DNA from: Lama guanicoe
Taxonomy: Eukaryota
DNA length: 20,000 nucleotides
Reading direction: 5' to 3'
NCBI GenBank assembly: GCA_013239625.1
Contig: MU053468.1
Span: 181,012 to 201,011 of the forward strand
Numbering within the stretch: the stretch's first letter is position 1; every line of letters begins with the position of its first letter. Positions 1 to 10,465 of this stretch are shown here, in pieces. Below the pieces are notes generated by a model that was given only the letters and a program-made list of their open reading frames with translations, was not told where the DNA came from and did no database searches. Both the position numbers and the translations under genes were made by a program.

Positions 1-432
1 AAAAGATAATTAATATGTGATTATTTCAATTCTGGCTTCTTACTTGCCATAGACAGTAATCCCAGGGAGCTCTTATTGAAGAAATTTAAATTTACTTGCA
101 TCATTAAATTACTGACCTCGGTCGGTGCTGAACAGGACCATCTTTCTTTTTTTTTTTAAATAATGTACACTTTATTCCATTTTGCTTTCTGGGATAAATC
201 TTATTTTTTCATGTTTGATCTTTGTAAGTGATTTTCAACACAATTTTCTTCCACTGCTGGCTGTCTTACCCATGTACATTCTTTCGTACTCCTTTTCTTT
301 ACCAACAACTCTTACCTCAATAACCCATTTAAAATTTAAATTATGACTTCTTAGCCAAAATCCTCAATCTCTGATGAAACTAAAAAAGAGCAGAAATCAA
401 CTCAAGAGCCATAAGACTGTTGCAATACTTAC

Positions 433-504
433 AAATATCGTAATGCTGGCAATTTAAAAAGGTAAGAATCTTCAACTGTCTTCAGGGGATTATGACTGAG
501 ATTT
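433..504 (-). CDS. LRRC37A: LRRC37A-family LRR exon (72 nt; equivalent of the human [12 protein letters not shown] exon): [23 protein letters not shown](L)
   Basis: Acceptor ttctatttttcag|A, donor TATTT|gtaagt. Matches recalled human [24 protein letters not shown]. Confidence 0.92.
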
Positions 505-727
505 CTGAAAAATAGAATGGCAGTAAAATTATCTGCATTTTCAATAATGTTCATGAAAGTTTATATTCATTTTTATGGCATGAAACTTAAAGGTAAAAAA
601 GAATCATTTTCTGAATTTACCTAGAAATCACCCTTAGAATTTGTAAAGTTCTCTTCATTTGGGAACTACCCAGGTGTCTAGATGATAAACTAGAGAATAG
701 AAAGAGAAAAAAATAGAGGGGGAAGTG

Positions 728-1036
728 GATAGCAAAGAAAAAAATATGCTAAAGAACTTTTTAGGTCAAAAACCCAAGAAGGGACTATGCTGGTAGGAAG
801 CCCTTCCTCTGTAAGAAATACTATTTCTAGTGTCCTCTGTAAATCAAGGCATTTTTCTTTAATCTCTAGGAATTTTTTAAAAGATAGCAAAGAAAAAAAT
901 ACTCTAAAGAACTTTTTAGGTCAAAAACCCTAGAAGGGACTATGCTGGTAGGAAGCCCTTCCTCTGTAAGAAATGCTATTTCTAGGGTCCTCCGTAAATC
1001 AAGGCATTTTTCTTTCATCTCTAGAAATTTTTTAAA
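728..1036 (+). repeat. Tandem duplication, ~155-bp unit x2 (728-881, 883-1036)
   Basis: Both units run from GATAGCAAAGAAAAAAATA to AAATCAAGGCATTTTTCTTT.ATCTCTAG.AATTTTTT; about 8 differences by eye. Confidence 0.95.
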
Positions 1037-1209
1037 TTTCATGTTTTAAACTACCCAGTTAAAGACAAAAGTGGGACCAATCCCTTGCTTCTGGAGCTGA
1101 AGAGAAAAATACAAGAGGAACTGGGGAGACTCACACTCCCATTGCACACTCCCATGTGTGTTCTTCGGTCACAGCCTTTGCTACCGTGTGTGGGGTCACC
1201 TCTTTACTT

Positions 1210-1332
1210 GTCAGTCTCCTGGATTGTCAGCTCCATGAGAGCAAGGACTATACTTTATTGTCATTGTCATCTCTGTGCCTGACACAGTGCCTAGTATTTA
1301 TTAGGTACTTAAGAAATGTTTGTTGAATAAAC
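1210..1332 (+). mobile_element. L2 3' end
   Basis: GATTGTCAGCTCCATGAGAGCAAGGAC...GTGCCTGACACAGTGCCT...TAGGTACTTAAGAAATGTTTGTTGAATAA. Confidence 0.75.
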
Positions 1333-1602
1333 ATCATTTTGTTTATATATCAACAAAGTGACAAATTCATTTTTTGAACAAATTTTTATTCCAAAACGCT
1401 GGAATAGATTTTCTTCTCAATTCTTTGAAACAAACAAGAAAAAGAAAATAAATTTTAAAAACCCAAAAGAAACAAGAAGAAAGAAAATTTGCCTTTAGGT
1501 TAATTAACTCTATTCAAGAATCATTAGTGTACTTTTGCAGAATATTATAAAGATAATCAGAACTAATGCCTTTTGGATTGCCAGGTATCTATGATTAACA
1601 TT

Positions 1603-1774
1603 TAATATTTAATCCTCACAGTAACCTTATGCAATAGATAATATTATTATCCCATTTTACAAATGAGGAAACCAAGGCACAGAGAAGTTATATAACTTGT
1701 CCTAACTCATCAAGCTAGTAAGAAGCAGAGCTGGAATTTGAACTCAGTTCTGACTCCAAAGCCTGTGTTTAACC
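1603..1774 (-). mobile_element. MIR SINE
   Basis: Reverse MIR core: TTTAATCCTCACA...ATTATCCCATTTTACAAATGAGGAAAC..AGGCACAGAGAAGTTA..TAACTTG...CTGACTCCAAAGCC. Confidence 0.85.
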
Positions 1775-1781
1775 TGTATTT

Positions 1782-2001
1782 AAAAGAAGAAGAAGAAAGA
1801 AGAGGGAAGAAAGAAGAAAGAAGAGGAAGAAGAGGAAGAAGAGGAAGAGAGAAGGAAGAAGGAAGAAGAAGAAGGAAGAAGGAAGAAGAAGAAGAAGAAG
1901 AAGAAGAAGAAGAAGAAGAAGAAGAAGAAGAAGAAGAAGAAGAAGAAGAAGAAGAAGAAGAAGAAGAAGAAGAAGAAGAAGAAGAAGAAGAAGAAGAAAA
2001 A
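1782..2001 (+). repeat. Polypurine tract (220 nt) ending in pure (GAA)39 at 1882-1998
   Basis: Only A and G from 1782 to 2001; 39 uninterrupted GAA units counted. Confidence 0.97.
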
Positions 2002-2315
2002 TTTAACCAACGGGCTTGTGGCAATCTGGGCAGCAATTTATTTCAGAAAAACACATTAACTTCTGTCAGGACAGTGAGATCTGTGTTGCTTTAGCTTGTC
2101 CTAGACCTTTGCTCTCCATGACAGTGGGAGCCTTCAAACATACCCCATGTCCTAATAACCAAAACGTTCCCCAACTTGGGAAAGGAGACAGTCACCCACG
2201 TGAAGGAAGTGCAGAGTTCCACACAGGATCCACTCAAAGAGGAGCACACCAAGTCACACAGTAATCAAAGTGACAAAAATCAAGGATAAGGAGAAAATAT
2301 TTAACTTAGCAGTAC

Positions 2316-2380
2316 CAGTACCTCCTCGGAGAATAAATAAATAAATAAGAGTTACCTCCCACCACCAAAACAAAACACAA
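2316..2380 (+). mobile_element. 5'-truncated 3' end of the same SINE family (Vic-1-like)
   Basis: CAGTACCTCC...(AAAT)n...TTACCTCCC...A-rich, same layout as the tail of the 19194-19590 element. Confidence 0.55.
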
Positions 2381-2547
2381 AGGTAAAAACGGTGCTTTAT
2401 TAATTAATTAGCTCTTGGCTCATCTTTCAGGGGGACTTCGCATTCAAAATAGACTCTAGCACACTTCTCCCTTGTTCACCTGGGATTAGTCAATAACATA
2501 GAGGTTTCATTCAAGAAACCATCTGAGTTATAATTACCTGAAACCCA

Positions 2548-2722
2548 CCCAGGCTTTGTGGGTCTTGAACCTCACCTACTTTGGAAAAATCCTGTCTAAT
2601 AAAAACATGCAAAGTTATGAACACAAAAATCGCTAGGACCCATCCCAAGACCTTGGAAGGGACCTAGGCAAGTGGGGAGCCCTGCAGCTTCTGCTTCATT
2701 TAATTGATGATAAATCCACCTC
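2548..2722 (+). mobile_element. MER53-like hAT DNA transposon (3' half repeated at 2956-3040)
   Basis: CCAGGCTTTGTGGG..TGAA...CCTTGGAAGGGACC...AAGTGGGGAGCCCTGCAGCTT..GCTTCATT...TAAATCCACCTC, similar to the recalled MER53 consensus. Confidence 0.65.
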
Positions 2723-3263
2723 AGCTGGGTGGATCTTTTCCAGACTTAATTAATGCAGGGATAAATATTATTTGAACTTATAAACACCTCAGTAATGTAA
2801 TAGGCAACAAAATGACAACTCAAGGGGTGGCACATTCTAGACTTTCTACATTTGGCGCAAAACAAAGGAGGAGCCCAGCCCCCAACACACACTTACTGTA
2901 TTCTCACAATCTTTTGAAAGTAACTATGAATGAATTTTAGGAAAGCAAAACTAGTACCCATCCCAAGACCTTGGAAGGGACCTAGGTAAGTGGGGAGCCC
3001 TACAGCTTCAGCTTCATTTAATTGATGATAAATCCACCTCAGCTGGGGCCCTTTTCCAGACTTAATTAATGCAGGGATAAATATTATTTGAACTTATAAA
3101 CACCTCAGTAATGTAATAGGCAACAAAATGACAACTCAAGGGTGGCACATTCTAGACTTTCTACATTTGGCACAAAACAAAGGAGGAGCCCAGCCCCCAA
3201 CACACACTTACTGTATTCTCACAATCTTTTGAAAGTAACTGTGAATGAATTTTAGGAAAGCAA
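2638..3263 (+). repeat. Tandem duplication, ~310-bp unit x2 (2638-2948, 2956-3263)
   Basis: ACCCATCCCAAGACCTTGG...TTTTAGGAAAGCAA occurs twice with a few substitutions and small indels. Confidence 0.95.
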
Positions 3264-3477
3264 TATTAATTTATTTCCAACACCAGCTCTGATTCTTTCA
3301 TTAACTTTTTCTGCCACTTCAGATGAACACAGAAATTCAAGAAGATCAGGCTCATGCCTCTTGCATGACCATCCTTTCTAACCCACCACTCATTTTCTGC
3401 TTCCTTGCTTCCCTACGTGGCTACCTTGCTGCAGAGATGCTAGCATGGCTCTCATAAGTTTTACCATCAATTTTCTT

Positions 3478-3595
3478 CCAGTATGAAAGTTTCTTGGGGA
3501 CAAAATCTTTGGCCTATTCTTCTTTGTAACCCCAGCACTTAGTGAAGTGCAGACACACAGTGCACATGGCACTCAGTGAATGTTTTCCAATAAAT
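3478..3595 (+). mobile_element. L2 3' end (degenerate)
   Basis: GAAAGTTTCTTGGGGACAAAA...CTTTGTAACCCCAGCACTTAG...GGCACTCAGTGAATGTTT. Confidence 0.55.
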
Positions 3596-4671
3596 TCAGT
3601 CATTTTTATCGACTGTGATTCCACAATTCTTTTTCCCCTGGCTCGCCTACATAACCATAAGGAAACTTAGATCCTTATAAGAGACTATTGGTGTTATAAA
3701 ATGTTTAGGAAAGGTCATGAGTTTAAGACATGGTACTAATGCTACTAAAACCTCTTGGCGGAGGGACCTAACAAGCCCACGCTCCGGTGCACTGGCAAGA
3801 GAAAAACTGACCCTCCATTCTCTTTCCACAAGTTAGGCACCAGCAAGCTAATGAAGCGGGGAGGGAGGCTGCCACTGGTGGGCATCTGCAGAACTGTCAG
3901 TCCAGCTCCAGACGCACCCTCGACACCTTCATTAACCCAAAGTGAACTTTGTGAAACTGGATTTCTGAACCACAACACAAATAGGAGACTCTTTTCCAAA
4001 GCCTGATTTAGAGGAGGCTCTTCACCTTGGGTCTAAAATCCCCTTCAGGCCACTGAACCTACCTGCTGTCATCTGCTAGTGACATGGAGAAATCACAGAA
4101 TTTTCAAGGTTCTGAAAAACCCACGCTTCTTATTAGAAGTAGTCAGAAAAGAAAGTATAGAGAATTCAGCTATAGCAAGGTATCTTCTTTATATTGTTCA
4201 CATTACAGCTTAACACAAACATCCATCCCTCAAAGGTTCCTATTGGCCACAGATCATTCACCTCAGACTAATATAGACTTTTTGAAAAATAATGTTTTGG
4301 GTAGTTGGGAAGAGAGGTGGGTGTTCAGGAATTCTTTCCGCTTTACCATTTAAAAGAAGCTGATACTTGAGAAGGCACCCATACCTGTTGCTCCCTGAAG
4401 AATTTTGGGCTAAACTGAGTTCTTTGCAGCTCTGTGCTGCATAAATTTTAAGTAGTTAGGAATTTTGCACATGAGCAGGAATTAAATTCAAAAGTGTAAT
4501 TTCAAGTACTATTTGCATATTGGAGCAACAACAATGGGATTCCGTGACAATGCTAATTTGAGTGTTTCTGTTGGGTGCCTTTTATTTTATTGCTCGTGCC
4601 AAACATCAGTACTAGGGAAAGCAAAGTGTTCCATGTATGAGTTAGACAAGTCTCATGGCCTCTTTGTACCA

Positions 4672-4898
4672 ACTCTATTTACACACCTCCCATTTTAATT
4701 CTGCTTTTCTATGCCAATTCAATACCAGAAGAAATAAAAGATAGCCTTTCACATGACTTGAAAGGAACTGCTCCTCTTACTAATGTCTAATTTGAACTAA
4801 TTCAGTGTTATATCAAAATATTGACTTTTATTTGAAACACCCACTCTTGACTATAGCTAGCTATCTTATTTCCACTGATTCTTAGTCTTCCCTTTCTC
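4672..4898 (+). repeat. Dispersed 227-bp copy of 6236-6462
   Basis: ACTCTATTTACACACCTCC...CTTAGTCTTCCCTTTCTC, identical by eye to 6236-6462 and followed by an A-rich run. Confidence 0.95.
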
Positions 4899-5164
4899 AT
4901 AAAAAAGAAAAAAAAAAAAAAGACACAAGCCAAAGAAGAAGAAAAAAAATTCTATCAGAACTTTATCCTTTGGCAGTAATTCTAATTTATATGCAATGAA
5001 ACATGATCTCATTATCCTTTCAATACACTAAAGAAATCTCAGTGTGGAAAATAGTTGCTTGTGAGTTATAGTTTCATGATTATATGCATGGTGCATGAGA
5101 TACAAAATGGTAAATCCTCAATAAATATTTGCGATAAGTGATCCTTTCTTCTCTAGCAAAGGGC

Positions 5165-5335
5165 AGTACTACTGACATTTTGGGCCGGACAACTCTTTGT
5201 TGTGGGGGGCTGTCTAGCACCCTGTAGGGGGTTTAGCAGCATCTCTGGCCTCTGTCCACCAGATGGCAGCAGCATACCTACAGTTCTGATAACCAAAAAT
5301 GTGTCCAGACATTGCCAAATGTCATCTGAGTGCAA
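5165..5335 (-). mobile_element. MER20 (hAT-Charlie)
   Basis: CTGACATTTTGGGCCGGA..TCTTTGTTGTGGGGGGCTGTC...TTTAGCAGCATCTCTGGCCTCT...ACCAAAAATGTGTCCAGACATTGCCAAATGTC, the reverse of the recalled MER20 consensus. Confidence 0.88.
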
Positions 5336-5491
5336 ATCTTTGCGAGAGACAAAAAGGATTAGCTACATAATTCTAGTAGATTTCTAAACTAAAATTTTAA
5401 TGTTTCCAAATCAGTAGCAAATTAATTTTTTATAATCATATTTATAATTTTATAAAAGTTCCCAACATAATGAAGTTATAATTGTAACTTA

Positions 5492-5587
<96 letters not shown>

Positions 5588-5832
5588 TTACCTCAATTAC
5601 CTACTAGATATCTAATTAGTAGGAATAACTACTAGAGGTTAGAAGAATAATAATGAATAAGCAGCTTCTATATAACATCTAAACCTTATGAATTGTTATT
5701 TAAACCTTCCAAAGCCCCTAACCCTGCCCTCACCTATCTTAAGAGTCTCACTTTCATTATGTTCACTAATAAAACATACACCTATATAGATGTTGGTAGA
5801 TTTTGGAGGTAATGTTTCCTCAGAGCAGAAGA

Positions 5833-6462
5833 ATTGATTAGATAACCTTTTGTGGTCTCAACAAATTCTGGATTATAAACTCAAAGTTTTTAACCTCCAT
5901 ATATAATTATAATGTTTAATGTGAAAATGAATACTCTATTTACACACCTCCCATTTTAATTCTGCTTTTCTATGCCAATTCAATACCAGAAAAAATAAAA
6001 GATAGCCTTTCACATGACTTGAAAGGAACTGCTCCTCTTATTAATGTCTAATTTGAACTAATTCAGTGTTATACCAAAATATTGAATTTGAAACACCCAC
6101 TCTTGACTATAGCTAGCTATCTTATTTCCACTGATATTGATTAGATAACCATTTGTGGTCTCAACAAATTCTGCATTATAAACTCAAAGTTTTTAACCTC
6201 CATATATAATTATAATGTTTAATGTGATAATGAATACTCTATTTACACACCTCCCATTTTAATTCTGCTTTTCTATGCCAATTCAATACCAGAAGAAATA
6301 AAAGATAGCCTTTCACATGACTTGAAAGGAACTGCTCCTCTTACTAATGTCTAATTTGAACTAATTCAGTGTTATATCAAAATATTGACTTTTATTTGAA
6401 ACACCCACTCTTGACTATAGCTAGCTATCTTATTTCCACTGATTCTTAGTCTTCCCTTTCTC
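5833..6462 (+). repeat. Tandem duplication, ~303-bp unit x2 (5833-6135, then from 6136)
   Basis: ATTGATTAGATAACC...TATTTCCACTGAT occurs twice. The second unit runs on into a G12 homopolymer (6465-6476). Confidence 0.95.
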
Positions 6463-6561
6463 CTGGGGGGGGGGGGTGCAAGTGTCTTCTGACTGGTGTT
6501 TGCACCTCTAGTCTCTTCCTTTCTCAGCCATCCTCTACAGTCACCAGATTAACTCTCCAGA

Positions 6562-6721
6562 TGTGGTTCTCAAATACCAGCATCACTTGTGAACTTACTG
6601 AAGAAATGCTCAGCTCTACTCTGGACCAACTGAATCAGCAACTGTGGGGCATAACTTGTGCTTTAACAAGCCCTCCAAGTGACTGATTCTGCTGCAGGCT
6701 CGAGTCTGTCCGAGAGCACTG
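6562..6721 (+). mobile_element. MER5A (hAT-Charlie)
   Basis: GTGGTTCTCAAA..CCAGCATCAC...AGAAATGC...ACTGAATCAG..ACT...TTTAACAAGCCCTCCAAGTGA..TTCTG..GCA...GAGAGCACTG. Confidence 0.75.
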
Positions 6722-7241
6722 CTGTGGGAACGGGGCAGCCTGGCGTGTTACCCTCGGCATGTACTCTGCAGGTTCTCAAAGCATGCTTCCTGTGTTTTGC
6801 CTCTCTCCTACCTTCTTTTTGCAAATGTACTCTTCCCAAGATGTCTGTCTGATGACACACAGTGGCCCTTTAAGGTCCTATTCAAACAACGCTGCTGTAA
6901 CATTTTCCCTGATCCAGTTTGGAGTCTTTCTTCCCTCTTCTGAGCTCCAAAACCAACTTAGAGCTCTCATTGCCCCTCTCCACTTCTTTTTTTCTTATAT
7001 AGCTGTTTTTGCAGCCCATTTCCTCTGAGTATAAACTCCTTGAATGTATGGACTAGACGGGCTCATGTGCATTGTCTATCATGGTTAAAGCCAATGTATG
7101 GACACAAAGCAAAGTCAGATATTTTTAAAATAAACAATTAGCTGGGGAGTGAACAGGAGGAAGAAAACGACTGTTTTAGAAGAAACACTCCCTTTTCTAC
7201 ACCTCTCCAGCACTCTGTCATCCACTTAGTGTTTCTGTATA

Positions 7242-7688
7242 ACGGTTTGAGCTTATGTTTTTTTTCCCCCCTGTAAGATCAGGATTTCCTAGAAGGAACT
7301 GTTTTACCTATCTTTGTGTTTACAACACTAGGCACACTGCTCAGCATATTCTTTTTTACTGATTGACTTTTTTTAAATGAGTGAGAATAACTTATGCTAA
7401 CATGAAATAATCTGCTAAGAGGGTATTTCATAGTAGAAGTAATTAATGGCCCAATCCACTGTAGACGGTTTGAGCTTATGTTTTTTTTTTCCCCCCTGTA
7501 AGATCAGGATTTCCTAGAAGGAACTGTTTTCCCTATCTTTGTGTTTACAACACTAGGCACACTGCTCGGCATATTCTTTTTTACTGATTGACATTTTTTT
7601 AAATGAGTGAGAATAACTTATGCTAACATGAAATAATCTGCTAAGAGGGTATTTCATAGTAGAAGTAATTAATGGCCCAATCCACTGT
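7242..7688 (+). repeat. Tandem duplication, ~222-bp unit x2 (7242-7462, 7465-7688)
   Basis: ACGGTTTGAGCTTATG...GGCCCAATCCACTGT occurs twice with few differences. Confidence 0.95.
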
Positions 7689-8424
7689 GCAGTTATCTCA
7701 TTTATTTTTCTCCAAACTGTGTTTCTAAGGTTTGGAGCCCAGATGACAGAGGGACCCAGGAAGACTAATACAAAAGTGGTTGCCCCTTAAGGCTTGGATG
7801 GTTTGATAGTTAAAAGGACTATTTTTAGGGTCATGTGAGGCTCCTTATACCCACTTCCCTTAGCCTTCTATATTTGCAAGAAGAATCTCTTTGCTAAAGA
7901 GCATCATTAGTTAGCTTAGTAAGGATTAATGACATACACAGCTCTGGATGCCATGGACAAAGGATAAAAATTGATCTTTTATAGCAGAGAACACAGTATC
8001 TCCTTATCTCTAAGTTAACAAAAATACTATGCAAGCATTTCTTTCCTTGTACAATGAAAATGCAGAGTTTTTCATTTTGTAACTAGTGAAGTTAGGGACA
8101 TTTCTAATATGCTTATTTGGTGTAAACAGTTGTAACTATACCACTTTAACCATCATCTTAAACATTTTTAATATTGGTGTAACAATTCCTGCATTGAATC
8201 CTTAACAACAGTCTGTTCTCTTGGTAACTTGAAATGTTCTGGACAATACTGTTTACATAAATCATCTACTTTAATATTTAATATTTAAATGTAAATTTAA
8301 TTTAGATGAAAATTATGAGTTAATGGCATTCATATTAATGTAAGTGTTCTATATTTTCTGGTCCTGTAGGTGACAATCTGAGCTTTACTTTAATTCCTCT
8401 CATTCTACTAAAGCACCTTTTTCA

Positions 8425-8607
8425 CACCTTTTCTGTGAAGGCCACACAGTGAGTACGTGAGGCTGTGCAGGCCACACACAGTCTCTGCCGTGTGTTTTCC
8501 TTTGTTTTTTTCCTCCGTTTTCCCACTTACAGCCCTTTAAACATCGTCCTTAACTTGGGTGCTGTGCAAATACAGATCATGGGATGGATCTGATCCGTGG
8601 GCCATAA
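8425..8607 (-). mobile_element. MER58-family DNA transposon fragment
   Basis: TTTTCTGTGAAGGCCA.A.AGT.A.TA...AGGCT.TGCAGGCCA.A..GTCTCTG ... GGATCTG..CCGTGGGCCATA. Confidence 0.55.
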
Positions 8608-8927
8608 ACTAAATGTAAGTGGATGGTATATGAACACTTACATAATAAGGTTCATATGGGTGTCTATAGTTGCTCAGACCACATTACCACTTTTCCTCTA
8701 CAACTAAAAGGTATTTTTCTATCTACATCTTGTCTATATAAATTTAAAAATTAAAAATGAATAAGAGGTATTTGATGCTAGAGATGGGCTGGGACCCTAC
8801 AGACTTAGAGAATTATAGAATTTTATTGCTAAAAAAAACTGTAGAGGTTATTTAATTTAAACCCCTTAATTACTTTATCTAATATAACTAAGAACTCATA
8901 AATAAATGATTAACTAATTAACTTTAC

Positions 8928-8999
8928 AAATACCGGAGGACTAGCAAGCCTTTAAATGAATCCTTACGTAACTCAGTCAAAGAATTATCTCTGAGAATT
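8928..8999 (-). CDS. LRRC37A: LRRC37A-family exon 3 (72 nt, one LRR): (L)ILRDNSLTELRKDSFKGLLVLRY(L)
   Basis: Acceptor cttttcatttttcag|A, donor TATTT|gtaaag. Matches recalled human [24 protein letters not shown]. Confidence 0.92.
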
Positions 9000-9207
9000 C
9001 TGAAAAATGAAAAGGTTATTTTTGGATCAAAATGCAAAACAATTACAATTATTTACTACATAGGACTAACTCATATATGTAGGGGAAACCTGGGTAACGG
9101 TGCCACCTAAATACCCTAACTGTTATTTTAGACATGGTGTTCTCCACTCCGGTTTCATTTAATCATTTCTTCTCACATCTACCTTTGTGTCCATCTCTTT
9201 CCATCTC

Positions 9208-9249
9208 ACGCACACACACAAGCACGCACGCACGCACGCACACGCACAC
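9208..9249 (+). repeat. (CA)n/(CACG)n compound microsatellite
   Basis: ACGCACACACACAAGCACGCACGCACGCACGCACACGCACAC. Confidence 0.85.
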
Positions 9250-9461
9250 CCCTATCCACTCTTCCTCACCAAATCATGTATTTAATGCCTACTCTTCAGA
9301 TCACAAGTCCTTGGTTAGAACCGAACTCTGGGCAGCACTGATGCTGCAGAGCTGCCATGCCTTTCTCGCTTTTCCCAAACTGTATCAGGAAGTCCCAGAC
9401 AGAGTATATTAGGGCTGGAAATGAAGACATTTGATTTTTTTTCCCCACTGAAATTTTTTTT

Positions 9462-9616
9462 ATAAAAACAGAATTTCAATCAATAGTTTGGTTTGGAATG
9501 TGAAGGGGGAAATACCTTTTAACACAGCTGTTGACCTCGGAATTCTGGACCAAGAAGAATCTGACAAGGCAGTCAGTGTTTTGTATGCATATTTGGAGAG
9601 AATATACTCACAGTTT
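9462..9616 (+). repeat. 155-bp copy of 11309-11463 / 13105-13259, including the exon 2 donor site
   Basis: ATAAAAACAGAATTTCAATC...GAGAATATACTCACAGTTT, identical by eye. Confidence 0.95.
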
Positions 9617-9629
9617 AAATAATTAGAAA

Positions 9630-9915
9630 TCCCCATGTAACACCATTCACGTCAAGAAAGAACACAGCCAGCGCCCCCGGAGCCCCCGCTGTGCTCCTTT
9701 CCAATTGCAGCCCTCTCCCTAGAGGAAACCACTATCCTGACTTTAATACTGATTTCCTTCTTTTTCACATGTAGTTTTGCCTTTTATACATCAGCCACAA
9801 AGAATATAATTTATTCTTCTTGAACTTTATGTGTGTGGAATCATTTGTGTATTATTCTCTATGTTCTTTCATTCAACAATATTTTGTAAATTTATTTTAC
9901 TCTTGCATGTAGCAT
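9630..9915 (-). mobile_element. Old L1M (L1ME-like) 3' fragment
   Basis: CCCATGTAACACCA...TCAAGAAA.AACA..GCCAGC.CCCC.GA...AGAGG.AACCACTATCCTGACTT...TTGAACTTTAT...TGGAATCAT...CTTTCATTCAACA. Confidence 0.65.
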
Positions 9916-9928
9916 GTAGTGCTGCATG

Positions 9929-10036
9929 TCTAGCAACATGTGGCTACTGAGTGCTTGAGTGGCTAATGTGCCTAAGGAGTTGAATTCTAATTTAATTTAA
10001 TTATTTTTAAAATTAAAATGTAAAAACTGATACTCA
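9929..10036. mobile_element. hAT-Charlie (MER3/MER33/Charlie1-like) fragment, cut by an N gap; probable continuation at 11945-12125
   Basis: CTAGCAACATGTGGCTACTGAGTGCTTGA..GTGGCTAATGTG.CTAAGGA.TTGAATT...AAAACTGATACTC. The later piece reads AAAATTTAGCA.CAAAATTGAGAT...TTTGAAGACTTAATACAAAAA. Confidence 0.65.
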
Positions 10037-10184
10037 NNNNNNNNNNNNNNNNNNNNNNNNNNNNNNNNNNNNNNNNNNNNNNNNNNNNNNNNNNNNNNNN
10101 NNNNNNNNNNNNNNNNNNNNNNNNNNNNNNNNNNNNNNNNNNNNNNNNNNNNNNNNNNNNNNNNNNNNNNNNNNNNNNNNNNNN
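10037..10184. other. Assembly gap (148 N)
   Basis: Run of N. Confidence 1.
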
Positions 10185-10465
10185 TGACAATACTTATTTT
10201 TGAAGACTTAATACAAAAAGATGTAGAATATCTTCTCAACAATGCAATTTGGAAGTTATATTTATGATTTGTCTATTCAAGCTGAATAATACAAACTGCC
10301 ATGAAATGAAAGATGTAGAATATCTTCTCAACAATGCAATTTGGAAGTTATATTTATGATTTGTCTATTCAAGCTGAATAATACAAACTGCCATGAAAAA
10401 TGCCAGTTAACTGCTTTGAATATAGCCTTCCCCCTAAAATCATTATCTTCTTTAACCTGACTTAT

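Noticed and set aside
1710..2094. Poly-Ser, poly-Glu and poly-Phe ORFs
   Set aside because: Translations of the GAA/TTC microsatellite and the adjacent MIR.
3745..3999. 84-aa minus ORF with TTCAG|AAATCC as a candidate for the missing exon
   Set aside because: Translation NPVSQSSLWVNEG has no LRR pattern.
5330..5383. Candidate acceptor TTTAG|AAATCTA for the missing LRR exon
   Set aside because: Reads NLLELCS then a stop; no LRR similarity.
9987..10242. ORFs made mostly of X
   Set aside because: They span the N gap.
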